Assembly: GCA_910584005.1 (NCBI GenBank)
Contig: CAJTXR010000002.1
Location: 83,681 to 107,680 of the forward strand
Length of the DNA: 24,000 bases
Source of the DNA: an uncultured Anaeroplasmataceae bacterium
Lineage (GTDB): Bacteria > Bacillota_I > Bacilli_A > Acholeplasmatales > Anaeroplasmataceae
Direction: 5' to 3'
Below the pieces are notes generated by a model. That model did not search any database. It saw only the letters and a list, made by a program, of their open reading frames with translations, and had not been told where the DNA came from. Position numbers and translations under genes: made by a program. Positions 1 through 6,587 of the stretch are shown here, one piece after another. The stretch's first letter is position 1, and the number at the start of each line of letters is the position of its first letter.

Positions 1-55
1 TTCTGAAAGAAATAATGAGTTGATTCTTAAGTTTTAAAAGAGTTAAATAATTGAT

Positions 56-86
56 AGCTTGTATTAATTTACAGGCTTCTTTTTTT
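56..86 (+). terminator. Rho-independent terminator of an upstream gene lying outside the window
   Basis: Stem AGCTTGTA (56-63), loop TTAATT, stem TACAGGCT (70-77, one G-T pair), followed by TCTTTTTTT. Confidence 0.5.
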
Positions 87-122
87 GACAATAATTTTAT
101 TTTGAAATTTTTATGAATTATA

Positions 123-151
123 TTGAATTTATTTTAATTGTAGTGTATAAT
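123..151 (+). promoter_or_regulatory. Sigma-A-type promoter of the six-gene operon
   Basis: -35 TTGAAT (123-128), 17-nt spacer, extended -10 TGTATAAT (144-151). It lies inside the long ORF-track version starting at 113, which argues for the downstream start at 176. Confidence 0.5.
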
Positions 152-175
152 ATAAGTATAAAGGAGGTAGAAATC

Positions 176-553
176 ATGTTAGAGTTTTTTGAATATGATC
201 AGTTATCTGGCTTTGCAAGCATCTATGATAGTCATATAACTTTGAATAAAACTCTTTTGAATTATTTAACAGATGCGTATCGAGTAAGAGTTGCGGTGAA
301 TAAAGAAAAAAATGAAATTCAAATTTACACAATTAATAAAGATTATGCATTGAGTGGAGAGTTAAATGAAGCATCCCTTTTGCCTGTTTCTATTTCTAAG
401 ACATATGCTAGAATATGTTCTAGACCTTTGATTGAGTATTTATCTAAGGCATTCAATCTAAGTATAGAAAAAAAAGAATTTAAAAGGTATCCAGCATGTT
501 ATAATAAAGAGAAAAAGGTAATAATAATTAATATGGAGAAAGAGGTGTCATAA
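176..553 (+). CDS. Hypothetical 125-aa cytoplasmic protein with an apparent internal duplication; first gene of the operon
   Basis: ATG at 176 sits 8 nt after AAGGAGG (161-167). The track start at 113 has no RBS and overlaps the promoter. Two motifs are each repeated: ITLNKT / VSISKT and NKEKNEIQI / NKEKKVIII. The stop overlaps the next start (TAATG at 551-555). Confidence 0.6.
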   Translation: MLEFFEYDQLSGFASIYDSHITLNKTLLNYLTDAYRVRVAVNKEKNEIQIYTINKDYALSGELNEASLLPVSISKTYARICSRPLIEYLSKAFNLSIEKKEFKRYPACYNKEKKVIIINMEKEVS

Positions 554-996
554 TGGAAGCTTATATGGTATGGATATGGTTAGGGGTATTCATTATTACA
601 GTTATCATTGAGTCTTTGACGCAGGAATTAGTTTCTATTTGGTTTTCTTTAGGATCAGTTATTGCATTGATTTTATCTGCTTTTCCAAACATCAGTTGGT
701 ATGTGGAATTAGTTGTTTTTACAATTGTTTCACTTTTGACTCTTGCTTTAACAAGACCGTTCGTAAAAAAATTGTTGTTCAACGCAATCCGTTATACCAA
801 TGTAGATGAATTTGTCGGTAAAAGAGTCAAAGTGGTTTCTGACATTTCAAAGTTTGAAAATGGAGAAGTTAAAATCCATGATATAATTTATCATGCGAGT
901 TTAATGGAAGAAGAAACAGAAACCATCAAAAAAGATGAAATTGTAGAAATTGTTACTCTTAAGGGAAATAAAGTTATTGTGAAAAAAATTAATTAA
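553..996 (+). CDS. NfeD-family membrane protein (short form: N-terminal TM helices plus a C-terminal OB-like beta domain)
   Basis: RBS GAGGTG (542-547). About three hydrophobic helices are followed by a soluble C-terminus (GKRVKVVSDISKFENGEVKIHDIIYHA...IVEIVTLKGNKVIVKKI) typical of NfeD. It lies immediately upstream of an SPFH gene, the canonical arrangement. Confidence 0.8.
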   Translation: MEAYMVWIWLGVFIITVIIESLTQELVSIWFSLGSVIALILSAFPNISWYVELVVFTIVSLLTLALTRPFVKKLLFNAIRYTNVDEFVGKRVKVVSDISKFENGEVKIHDIIYHASLMEEETETIKKDEIVEIVTLKGNKVIVKKIN

Positions 997-1016
997 TATA
1001 GGAGGAAGTTATATTT

Positions 1017-1976
1017 ATGGGATTAATTTTAGGAATCAATTCGGGTATTATTGCCGCAATTGTATTAAGTGTTTTAGGTTTAGTTATTTTAATTTTATTA
1101 ATTACAAGAATTAAAATTGTTCGTCAAACTCAAAAATTAATTATTGAAAGATTAGGGGCTTACCATGCCACTTGGTCAGTAGGGTTTCACTTTTTATTAC
1201 CTTTTATTGATCGTGTTGCTCAAGTAGTTTCTATGAAAGAACAGGTTAGTGACTTTGATCCTCAACCAGTAATTACAAAGGATAATGTTACTATGCAAAT
1301 TGATACGGTTGTTTTCTTTCAAATTACAGATCCAAAGTTATATTCATATGGTGTGGAAAACCCTATTGCAGCATTAGAAAATTTATCTTCAACGACTTTA
1401 CGTAATATCATTGGTGAATTAGATTTAGATGAAACCTTAACTTCACGTGATATTATAAATACAAAGATGCGTTCTATTTTAGATGAAGCTACAGATCCAT
1501 GGGGAATTAAAGTTAATCGTGTAGAGGTAAAAAACATTCTACCTCCAAAGGATATCCGGGAAGCAATGGAACGCCAAATGCGTGCAGAGCGTGAGCGTCG
1601 TGAGAAAATCTTATTAGCTGAAGGAGAAAAGCGGAGCCAAATTCTTCAAGCTGAAGGTGAAAGAGAATCTCAAATTTTAAGAGCTGATGCAGAAAAGCAA
1701 GCAATCATTAAAAAAGCAGAAGCTGAAGCAGAGTCTATTTTGAAAGTGAAATCTGCAGAAGCTGAAGGTGTTAGATTAACTCGTCAAGCTCAAGCGGATG
1801 GTTATAAAATGCTTGTTGAAGCAGGAGTAACAAAAGAAGTTTTAGCAATTAAATCATTTGAAACATTTGAAAAAGTATCTGATGGTCAATCTACAAAGAT
1901 TATTATCCCTTCTAATATGCAAGATTTAGCTTCTACAATTGCAGGAGTTGCTGAAGTTGTAAAAGACAAAAAATAA
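1017..1976 (+). CDS. SPFH/band-7 (stomatin/QmcA-like) membrane scaffold protein
   Basis: N-terminal TM helix, then IVRQTQKLIIERLGAYH...LLPFIDRV...VITKDNV...VVFFQITDP...RVEVKNILPP, then a Glu/Ala/Arg-rich coiled coil (RAERERREKILLAEGEKRSQILQAEGE...). This is the classical stomatin-type SPFH signature. RBS AGGAGG at 1000-1005. Confidence 0.9.
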   Translation: MGLILGINSGIIAAIVLSVLGLVILILLITRIKIVRQTQKLIIERLGAYHATWSVGFHFLLPFIDRVAQVVSMKEQVSDFDPQPVITKDNVTMQIDTVVFFQITDPKLYSYGVENPIAALENLSSTTLRNIIGELDLDETLTSRDIINTKMRSILDEATDPWGIKVNRVEVKNILPPKDIREAMERQMRAERERREKILLAEGEKRSQILQAEGERESQILRADAEKQAIIKKAEAEAESILKVKSAEAEGVRLTRQAQADGYKMLVEAGVTKEVLAIKSFETFEKVSDGQSTKIIIPSNMQDLASTIAGVAEVVKDKK

Positions 1977-1993
1977 ACTGCGGAGGGATATAC

Positions 1994-3346
1994 ATGAGAT
2001 TAGGTAAGTACTTAAAAGGGTGTAATGAGGTATATCATACCACATTTGATCCGCGAAAGACTAGTGCCATCCGAATTCATTTAGTTCCACCGAAAAAACC
2101 CAAGGCAGGCATACCTTGGGTTGTTGTCTTAAATGGATATGCTATTCTTCCTTTACAGACTTCATGGGCAATTTTATTAAAAGAATTTATGGAAGAGTTA
2201 AATGAAACAGATGGAATTGGTTTAACAGATGAGGATATAGATGAGCTGATTTCAAAAACGATTTTACGTGTGAAAAAGGTATTTACAAAGACAGATAAGG
2301 AAATCATAAAAAAAGATTTAGCTCAAATTGTTTTAACTTTAAAAGACGTTGCGTTTGGGAAAGAGCCAAACGAGGCTATTGGGTATATGAGCCTTTCTAC
2401 ATATGCAAAATATATGCAAGCTCCTCATCGCATGGATTTAATGGTTTCTGCAATGGAAAAAGAAGGTCAATGGCATTGCAATCAACATTGTCTTCATTGC
2501 TATGCTGCAAATGAAAAAAAGTCCAATGAAAAAGAATGCACAACAGATGAATGGAAACAAATGATTGATGCATGTAAAAAAGCATGTATTCCAGCTCTTA
2601 CGTTTACAGGTGGAGAAGCAACCTTGCGAGAAGATTTAGTAGAATTAATTAAATATTCACAATGGTTCGTTACTAGATTAAATACAAATGGGATTTTGTT
2701 AACAAAAAAATTATGTGAAGAATTATATGAGGCTAGCCTAGATAGTGTGCAAATTACTTTGTATTCTTTTGATCCTGCAATTCACAATACATTAGTTGGT
2801 GGAGATCACTTTAATCAAACTGTCTTAGGAATTAAAAATGCAATTGCTGCTGGGTTAGATGTGAGTATCAATACCCCTCTATGCAGTCTAAATCGTGAAT
2901 ATAAAAAAACGGTTCATTTTGCTGCGAGTCTTGGAGTTCATTATTTCTCTTGCTCAGGCTTAATTCCTACGGGAAATGCGAAACGCGATGAATCTAGTAT
3001 TACAGCTTTAAGTAAAGCAGATATTTTACAGGTAGTAAAGGATGCTGTTATTTACGGCAGAGATCATCAGTTGGATATCGCTTTTACATCTCCAGGCTGG
3101 ATCAAAGAAGCTGACTTAAAACAATTAAACCTTGTTGTACCATCTTGTGGGGCCTGTTTATCTAATATGGCCATTGCACCCAATGGAGATGTAATTCCCT
3201 GTCAGTCATGGTTAAATGGAATTACCTTAGGAAATATTTTGAAAAATGATTGGAAATCCATTTGGAATCATAAAGAATCATTACGAATACGGAATATGGC
3301 GAGTAAGACCCAACAAACTTGCTTGTTAAAACAGGAGGTAAAATAA
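1994..3346 (+). CDS. Radical SAM enzyme with an N-terminal extension of about 160 aa and a C-terminal Twitch/partial-SPASM auxiliary-cluster motif
   Basis: CX3CX2C = C162-N-Q-H-C166-L-H-C169 (2477-2500). GGE-type SAM motif TFTGGEATL. C-terminal CGAC-x9-G-DVIP-C (3146-3202) matches CX9-15GX4C, with one further Cys (C443). The CX2CX5CX3C block of a full SPASM domain is not seen. RBS GGAGGG at 1982-1987. Confidence 0.85.
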   Translation: MRLGKYLKGCNEVYHTTFDPRKTSAIRIHLVPPKKPKAGIPWVVVLNGYAILPLQTSWAILLKEFMEELNETDGIGLTDEDIDELISKTILRVKKVFTKTDKEIIKKDLAQIVLTLKDVAFGKEPNEAIGYMSLSTYAKYMQAPHRMDLMVSAMEKEGQWHCNQHCLHCYAANEKKSNEKECTTDEWKQMIDACKKACIPALTFTGGEATLREDLVELIKYSQWFVTRLNTNGILLTKKLCEELYEASLDSVQITLYSFDPAIHNTLVGGDHFNQTVLGIKNAIAAGLDVSINTPLCSLNREYKKTVHFAASLGVHYFSCSGLIPTGNAKRDESSITALSKADILQVVKDAVIYGRDHQLDIAFTSPGWIKEADLKQLNLVVPSCGACLSNMAIAPNGDVIPCQSWLNGITLGNILKNDWKSIWNHKESLRIRNMASKTQQTCLLKQEVK

Positions 3347-4314
3347 TGAAAAAAATTTACTACTGTTTTTGTTTGGTTGTATTCTTGTTTTTAACCTCTT
3401 GTCAGGATAAAATAGAACCTCTAGATGAAATAGAAGAATATATAATTCATATAGCCCCAACAGAAGAAGGGAATCTTCAAATGAATTATAAAATTGTTTG
3501 GAAAGTTTTAAATTCAGAAAAAGAAGGGCCATTAGAGTGGGTAAAAATTGGTATTCCTAATTATCATATTCAATCTTTAACTAGTCAAAGTTCTTCTATA
3601 AAAGATATCAGTGTTTCCTCAGATGATGGTGCGTATGTTAGAATCAATTTAGATAGATCCTATTATGCAGAAGAAACAGTTACTATGGAGTTTTCTTTTC
3701 TTCAAACCCATATTTACTCCTTAAAAAAAGAAGAGGTACAATATCGGATTATTCCAGGCTGGTTTGATGAAATACAAGTTAAGCAATTAATCGTTTATTG
3801 GGAAAAGAAAGATGTTATAAGCGAGAATTCAAATTCAAATGATGATAAATATTATATTTGGAGTACTTCTTTAGATTTTGGAGAGAGCATTCAAGTGGAT
3901 ATACAGTATAATGCGTCATCCTTTACAAATTTATCAAAGAATAATGCGGTACCTAAGAATTACGATCAGTGGATTATTGTTGCAGTTGTAAGTATAATTT
4001 TATTATTTGTGGTTATTATTCTTATATTCAATTGGCTGAGAAGAGATGAGTATTATACTTATCGTGGGTTTAGTGGAAGAAATTTTCATCATCACCATTG
4101 GTGGTGGTACTCCTCAGGAGTGAATCATCATGGAGATCGTATTCAAGATCCAAGAATTATAAATCGGGGTTCATCTCATTCTGGTGGATCTTCTTGTGCC
4201 TGTGCTTGTGCATGTGCCTGTGCTGGTGGTGGAAGAGCAGGATGCTCAAGAAAAGATTTTTATTCTAATGATTCAGAAATGGACCAGTTACTTTCTAAAT
4301 TAAATCAAAAATAA
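3346..4314 (+). CDS. Lipoprotein-type single-pass membrane protein with a His/Trp/Cys-rich cytoplasmic tail; function unknown
   Basis: ATG at 3346 overlaps the radical SAM stop (TAATG), with AGGAGG at 3333-3338. The track start at 3319 is an in-frame upstream extension. Signal peptide with lipobox LTSC (Cys19 at 3400-3402). Ectodomain of about 190 aa. TM helix WIIVAVVSIILLFVVIILIFNWL (3970-4038). Tail begins RRDEYY and contains HHHHWWW (4087-4107) and SSCACACACACAGGGRAGCS. Confidence 0.75.
   Translation: MKKIYYCFCLVVFLFLTSCQDKIEPLDEIEEYIIHIAPTEEGNLQMNYKIVWKVLNSEKEGPLEWVKIGIPNYHIQSLTSQSSSIKDISVSSDDGAYVRINLDRSYYAEETVTMEFSFLQTHIYSLKKEEVQYRIIPGWFDEIQVKQLIVYWEKKDVISENSNSNDDKYYIWSTSLDFGESIQVDIQYNASSFTNLSKNNAVPKNYDQWIIVAVVSIILLFVVIILIFNWLRRDEYYTYRGFSGRNFHHHHWWWYSSGVNHHGDRIQDPRIINRGSSHSGGSSCACACACACAGGGRAGCSRKDFYSNDSEMDQLLSKLNQK
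4195..4224 (+). repeat. Five tandem TGTGCN hexanucleotides encoding (Cys-Ala)x5 within the lipoprotein tail
   Basis: TGTGCC TGTGCT TGTGCA TGTGCC TGTGCT, in frame with the CDS starting at 3346, followed by GGTGGTGGA (GGG). Confidence 0.9.
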
Positions 4315-4329
4315 TTAGGAGAAAAACTT

Positions 4330-5097
4330 ATGGAAGTTTTAGTTGAATTCTTTGTAGAGATATTTTTAGAAATCTTTTTTGAGATTGGTGGAGTTGTAAT
4401 TTCTAAAATTGCCATTGATAAAAGAAAAAGAAAAATTACAAAGTATTGTATTTCCTTTTTTGTGTTTGCTTGTTGTTTATCTTTAATCATTTATTCTCTA
4501 ATTGTTAAAAAAATGTTATATGTTCAATTAGCTATGGCTTATTTTTTAGGATTATTGGTATGCTATATTTTAGAATTTATTAATAAAAATATGATTTACT
4601 CAAAAAAATTGGGAAAAGTTCTGCTTTACATTAAAAGAGGAATTCATTATGTATTTCCTATCCTTGTCATCACCCTCGTAAACATATATAAGACAGACCA
4701 ATCTGTATTGATTACCTGTTTAGCAGTTGTGGTACTTGTTTTGTATTTTGGAGTTATCCTTTACCGAATTACTTATCGCGATACATATTCTAATTTCAAA
4801 AGAAGAGCGAAAAAATTTCTTAAGGATTTTCAAGAATCTGAAGATGAAAAATATTTTGAATCCTTGCTGAAATTATCGGAAAAAAGTCCATCTTACCTGT
4901 TGAAATGGATAGAAGAATGTACGAAAAAAGAGGTAAATCCGATTTTAAAATTTATTATATTTAGTGAGAGATATTGTACACAAGAATTTTATGATGTTCT
5001 TCAAGATATAGCAGACAAGTATAATTTAAATATTGAAAGCGAATTATTAGAATTTAAAAATAAATTTATAGAAGAAAGTGAACCTGAAATTTATTAG
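4330..5097 (+). CDS. Polytopic membrane protein with a C-terminal soluble helical domain; function unknown; last gene of the operon
   Basis: RBS AGGAG (4316-4320). Acidic amphipathic N-terminus (MEVLVEFFVEIFLEIFFEIGG), about 4-5 hydrophobic helices, then a charged C-terminal domain of about 100 aa. Followed directly by a terminator. Confidence 0.65.
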   Translation: MEVLVEFFVEIFLEIFFEIGGVVISKIAIDKRKRKITKYCISFFVFACCLSLIIYSLIVKKMLYVQLAMAYFLGLLVCYILEFINKNMIYSKKLGKVLLYIKRGIHYVFPILVITLVNIYKTDQSVLITCLAVVVLVLYFGVILYRITYRDTYSNFKRRAKKFLKDFQESEDEKYFESLLKLSEKSPSYLLKWIEECTKKEVNPILKFIIFSERYCTQEFYDVLQDIADKYNLNIESELLEFKNKFIEESEPEIY

Positions 5098-5101
5098 CTT
5101 T

Positions 5102-5136
5102 AAAAAAAATCACTTTGAATTGAAAGTGATTTTTTA
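5102..5136. terminator. Rho-independent terminator ending the six-gene operon (A-tract/T-tract flanked, potentially bidirectional)
   Basis: AAAAAAAA + stem ATCACTTT (5109-5116), loop GAATTG, stem AAAGTGAT (5123-5130), then TTTTT. Confidence 0.8.
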
Positions 5137-5206
5137 TTTGTTTAGAAAAGTCGCTAAAAAAACAGCATTTATTTTTCAAAGTTCTTTTAAATTCATTGAT
5201 AAAAAA

Positions 5207-5235
5207 TGGTAAAATTTACCAAATTATGCTATAAT
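5207..5235 (+). promoter_or_regulatory. Promoter of the PAPS-reductase/ParB pair, with an overlapping palindromic operator candidate
   Basis: Extended -10 TGCTATAAT (5227-5235). Weak -35 TGGTAA (5207-5212) at a 17-nt spacing. Perfect palindrome TGGTAAA-A-TTTACCA (5207-5221) covers the -35 and the start of the spacer. Confidence 0.45.
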
Positions 5236-5267
5236 AAAGTGAATTTTGTTCTAAAAGGAGCCGGTTT

Positions 5268-6587
5268 ATGAAAAAGAAATACTTAGATATTAATGTATAT
5301 GAAAGCCTATTAAATCGATTAAAATTCATTTTTGAGGAATTTGAGAATATCTTTGTATCTTTTTCAGGAGGAAAAGATAGCGGATTACTATTAGAACTGG
5401 TTTTAGACTTTCAAAAGAAGCATTACCCTCATCGCAAAATTGGTGTATTCCATCAGGACTTTGAAGCTCAATATTCCTACACAACAAAATATGTAGAAGA
5501 AACATTTGAACGAATCAAAGATGAAGCAGAGCTATATTGGGTATGCTTGCCAATGGCTACTAGAACAGCACTGAGTAATTATGAAATGTTTTGGTATCCT
5601 TGGGATGACAAAGCCAAAGATATATGGGTAAGACCTATTCCAAACCATGAATATGTAATTACTTTAGAAAATAATCCAATTACAACCTATAAGTATCGTA
5701 TGCATCAAGAAGATCTTGCGAAGCAATTTGGTAGATGGTATAAACTATCTCATGGGGATACATCAACCATCTGCTTATTAGGAATTCGAGCAGATGAATC
5801 CTTACAACGATATAATGGTTTTTTAAATAAAAAAAGAGGATATAAGCATAATTGTTATATTACTCAACAATTTAAAAATGTATGGTGTGCCTCTCCGCTT
5901 TATGATTGGAGTGTTCAGGATGTATGGCATGCGATTGCCAAAAATGGATATACCTATAATCAATTATATGATATGCTTTATTTGGCAGGAGTTAAACCAA
6001 CCCAAATGAGAGTAGCTTCTCCTTTTAATGATTACGCTAAGGATTGTCTAAATTTATATCGTGTGATAGAACCTGAAACATGGACTAAATTATTAGGTAG
6101 AGTTAAAGGCGTAAATTTTGCTTGTATATATGGACGGACAAAAGCCTTAGGATATCGCAATATTACACTGCCTGAAGGTCATACATGGGAATCTTATACA
6201 AAGTTTTTACTCTCCACATTGCCAAGAAGGATTAGGAACAATTATATTAAAAAATTTAAAACATCAATTGATTTTTGGCATACAATTGGTGGTGGTCTTG
6301 AAGAAGAAACAATTAAAGAGTTAGAGGAGCATGGATATTTAATTCGTAGAAATGGAGTTTCAAATTATACTATTTTTAGAAATTCTAGAATTGTATTTAT
6401 GTGTAAGATACCTGATCATACAGATGATATTAAATCCACAAAGGATATCCCTAGCTGGAAAAGAATGTGTTATTGTATATTGAAAAATGATCATATTTGC
6501 AGATCTATGGGATTTGGACTCACTCGAGATCAGCAAAATAAAATAAAAATGATAAAAGAAAAATATGATGGATTGGAGGAATTATAA
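5268..6587 (+). CDS. PAPS-reductase-like PP-loop ATP pyrophosphatase with a long C-terminal extension (IbrA-like / DndC-like)
   Basis: PP-loop SGGKDS (5364-5381) within FVSFSGGKDSGLLLELV. The central LLGIRADES region is typical of the PAPS reductase fold. The extra C-terminal region of about 200 aa matches the architecture I associate with the DUF3440-type IbrA family. RBS AAGGAG at 5255-5260. Confidence 0.8.
   Translation: MKKKYLDINVYESLLNRLKFIFEEFENIFVSFSGGKDSGLLLELVLDFQKKHYPHRKIGVFHQDFEAQYSYTTKYVEETFERIKDEAELYWVCLPMATRTALSNYEMFWYPWDDKAKDIWVRPIPNHEYVITLENNPITTYKYRMHQEDLAKQFGRWYKLSHGDTSTICLLGIRADESLQRYNGFLNKKRGYKHNCYITQQFKNVWCASPLYDWSVQDVWHAIAKNGYTYNQLYDMLYLAGVKPTQMRVASPFNDYAKDCLNLYRVIEPETWTKLLGRVKGVNFACIYGRTKALGYRNITLPEGHTWESYTKFLLSTLPRRIRNNYIKKFKTSIDFWHTIGGGLEEETIKELEEHGYLIRRNGVSNYTIFRNSRIVFMCKIPDHTDDIKSTKDIPSWKRMCYCILKNDHICRSMGFGLTRDQQNKIKMIKEKYDGLEEL

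Noticed and set aside
113-175. Upstream in-frame extensions offered by the ORF track: 113 for gene 1, 3319 for the lipoprotein, 7462 for M42, 8542 for the orphan gene, 9705 for typA, 18904 for pcp, and GTG 22197 for the second ABC gene.
   Set aside because: In each case a downstream ATG has a properly spaced Shine-Dalgarno sequence. The extension either overlaps a promoter -10 element or terminator, or adds an implausible N-terminus, for example ahead of the conserved [18 protein letters not shown] of TypA and the MKILLTGF of Pcp.
561-782. Short antisense or alternate-frame ORFs from the six-frame track. Minus strand: 561-782, 1319-1537, 1513-1704, 2077-2307, 2397-2585, 3326-3532, 4305-4490, 8840-9067, 10225-10464, 10490-10708, 14745-15008, 20419-20625, 21780-21998 and 23549-23776. 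Plus strand: 15335-15550.
   Set aside because: Each is embedded in or opposite a long, motif-supported CDS. None has a recognisable RBS, and their low-complexity, Leu/Phe/Lys-rich translations are typical of AT-rich non-coding frames.
4195-4224. (TGTGCN)x5 as a CRISPR-like, phase-variation or non-coding repeat.
   Set aside because: It is in frame within a CDS. The 6-nt unit cannot frameshift, the wobble bases differ between units, and there are no spacers. It is a coding low-complexity repeat.
1994-5097. A small RiPP precursor ORF (under 60 aa, so invisible to the ORF track) next to the radical SAM gene.
   Set aside because: The intergenic gaps in the operon are 20 nt or less, leaving no room for one. 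The 170-bp region after the terminator (5098-5267) contains no RBS-preceded small ORF that I could see.
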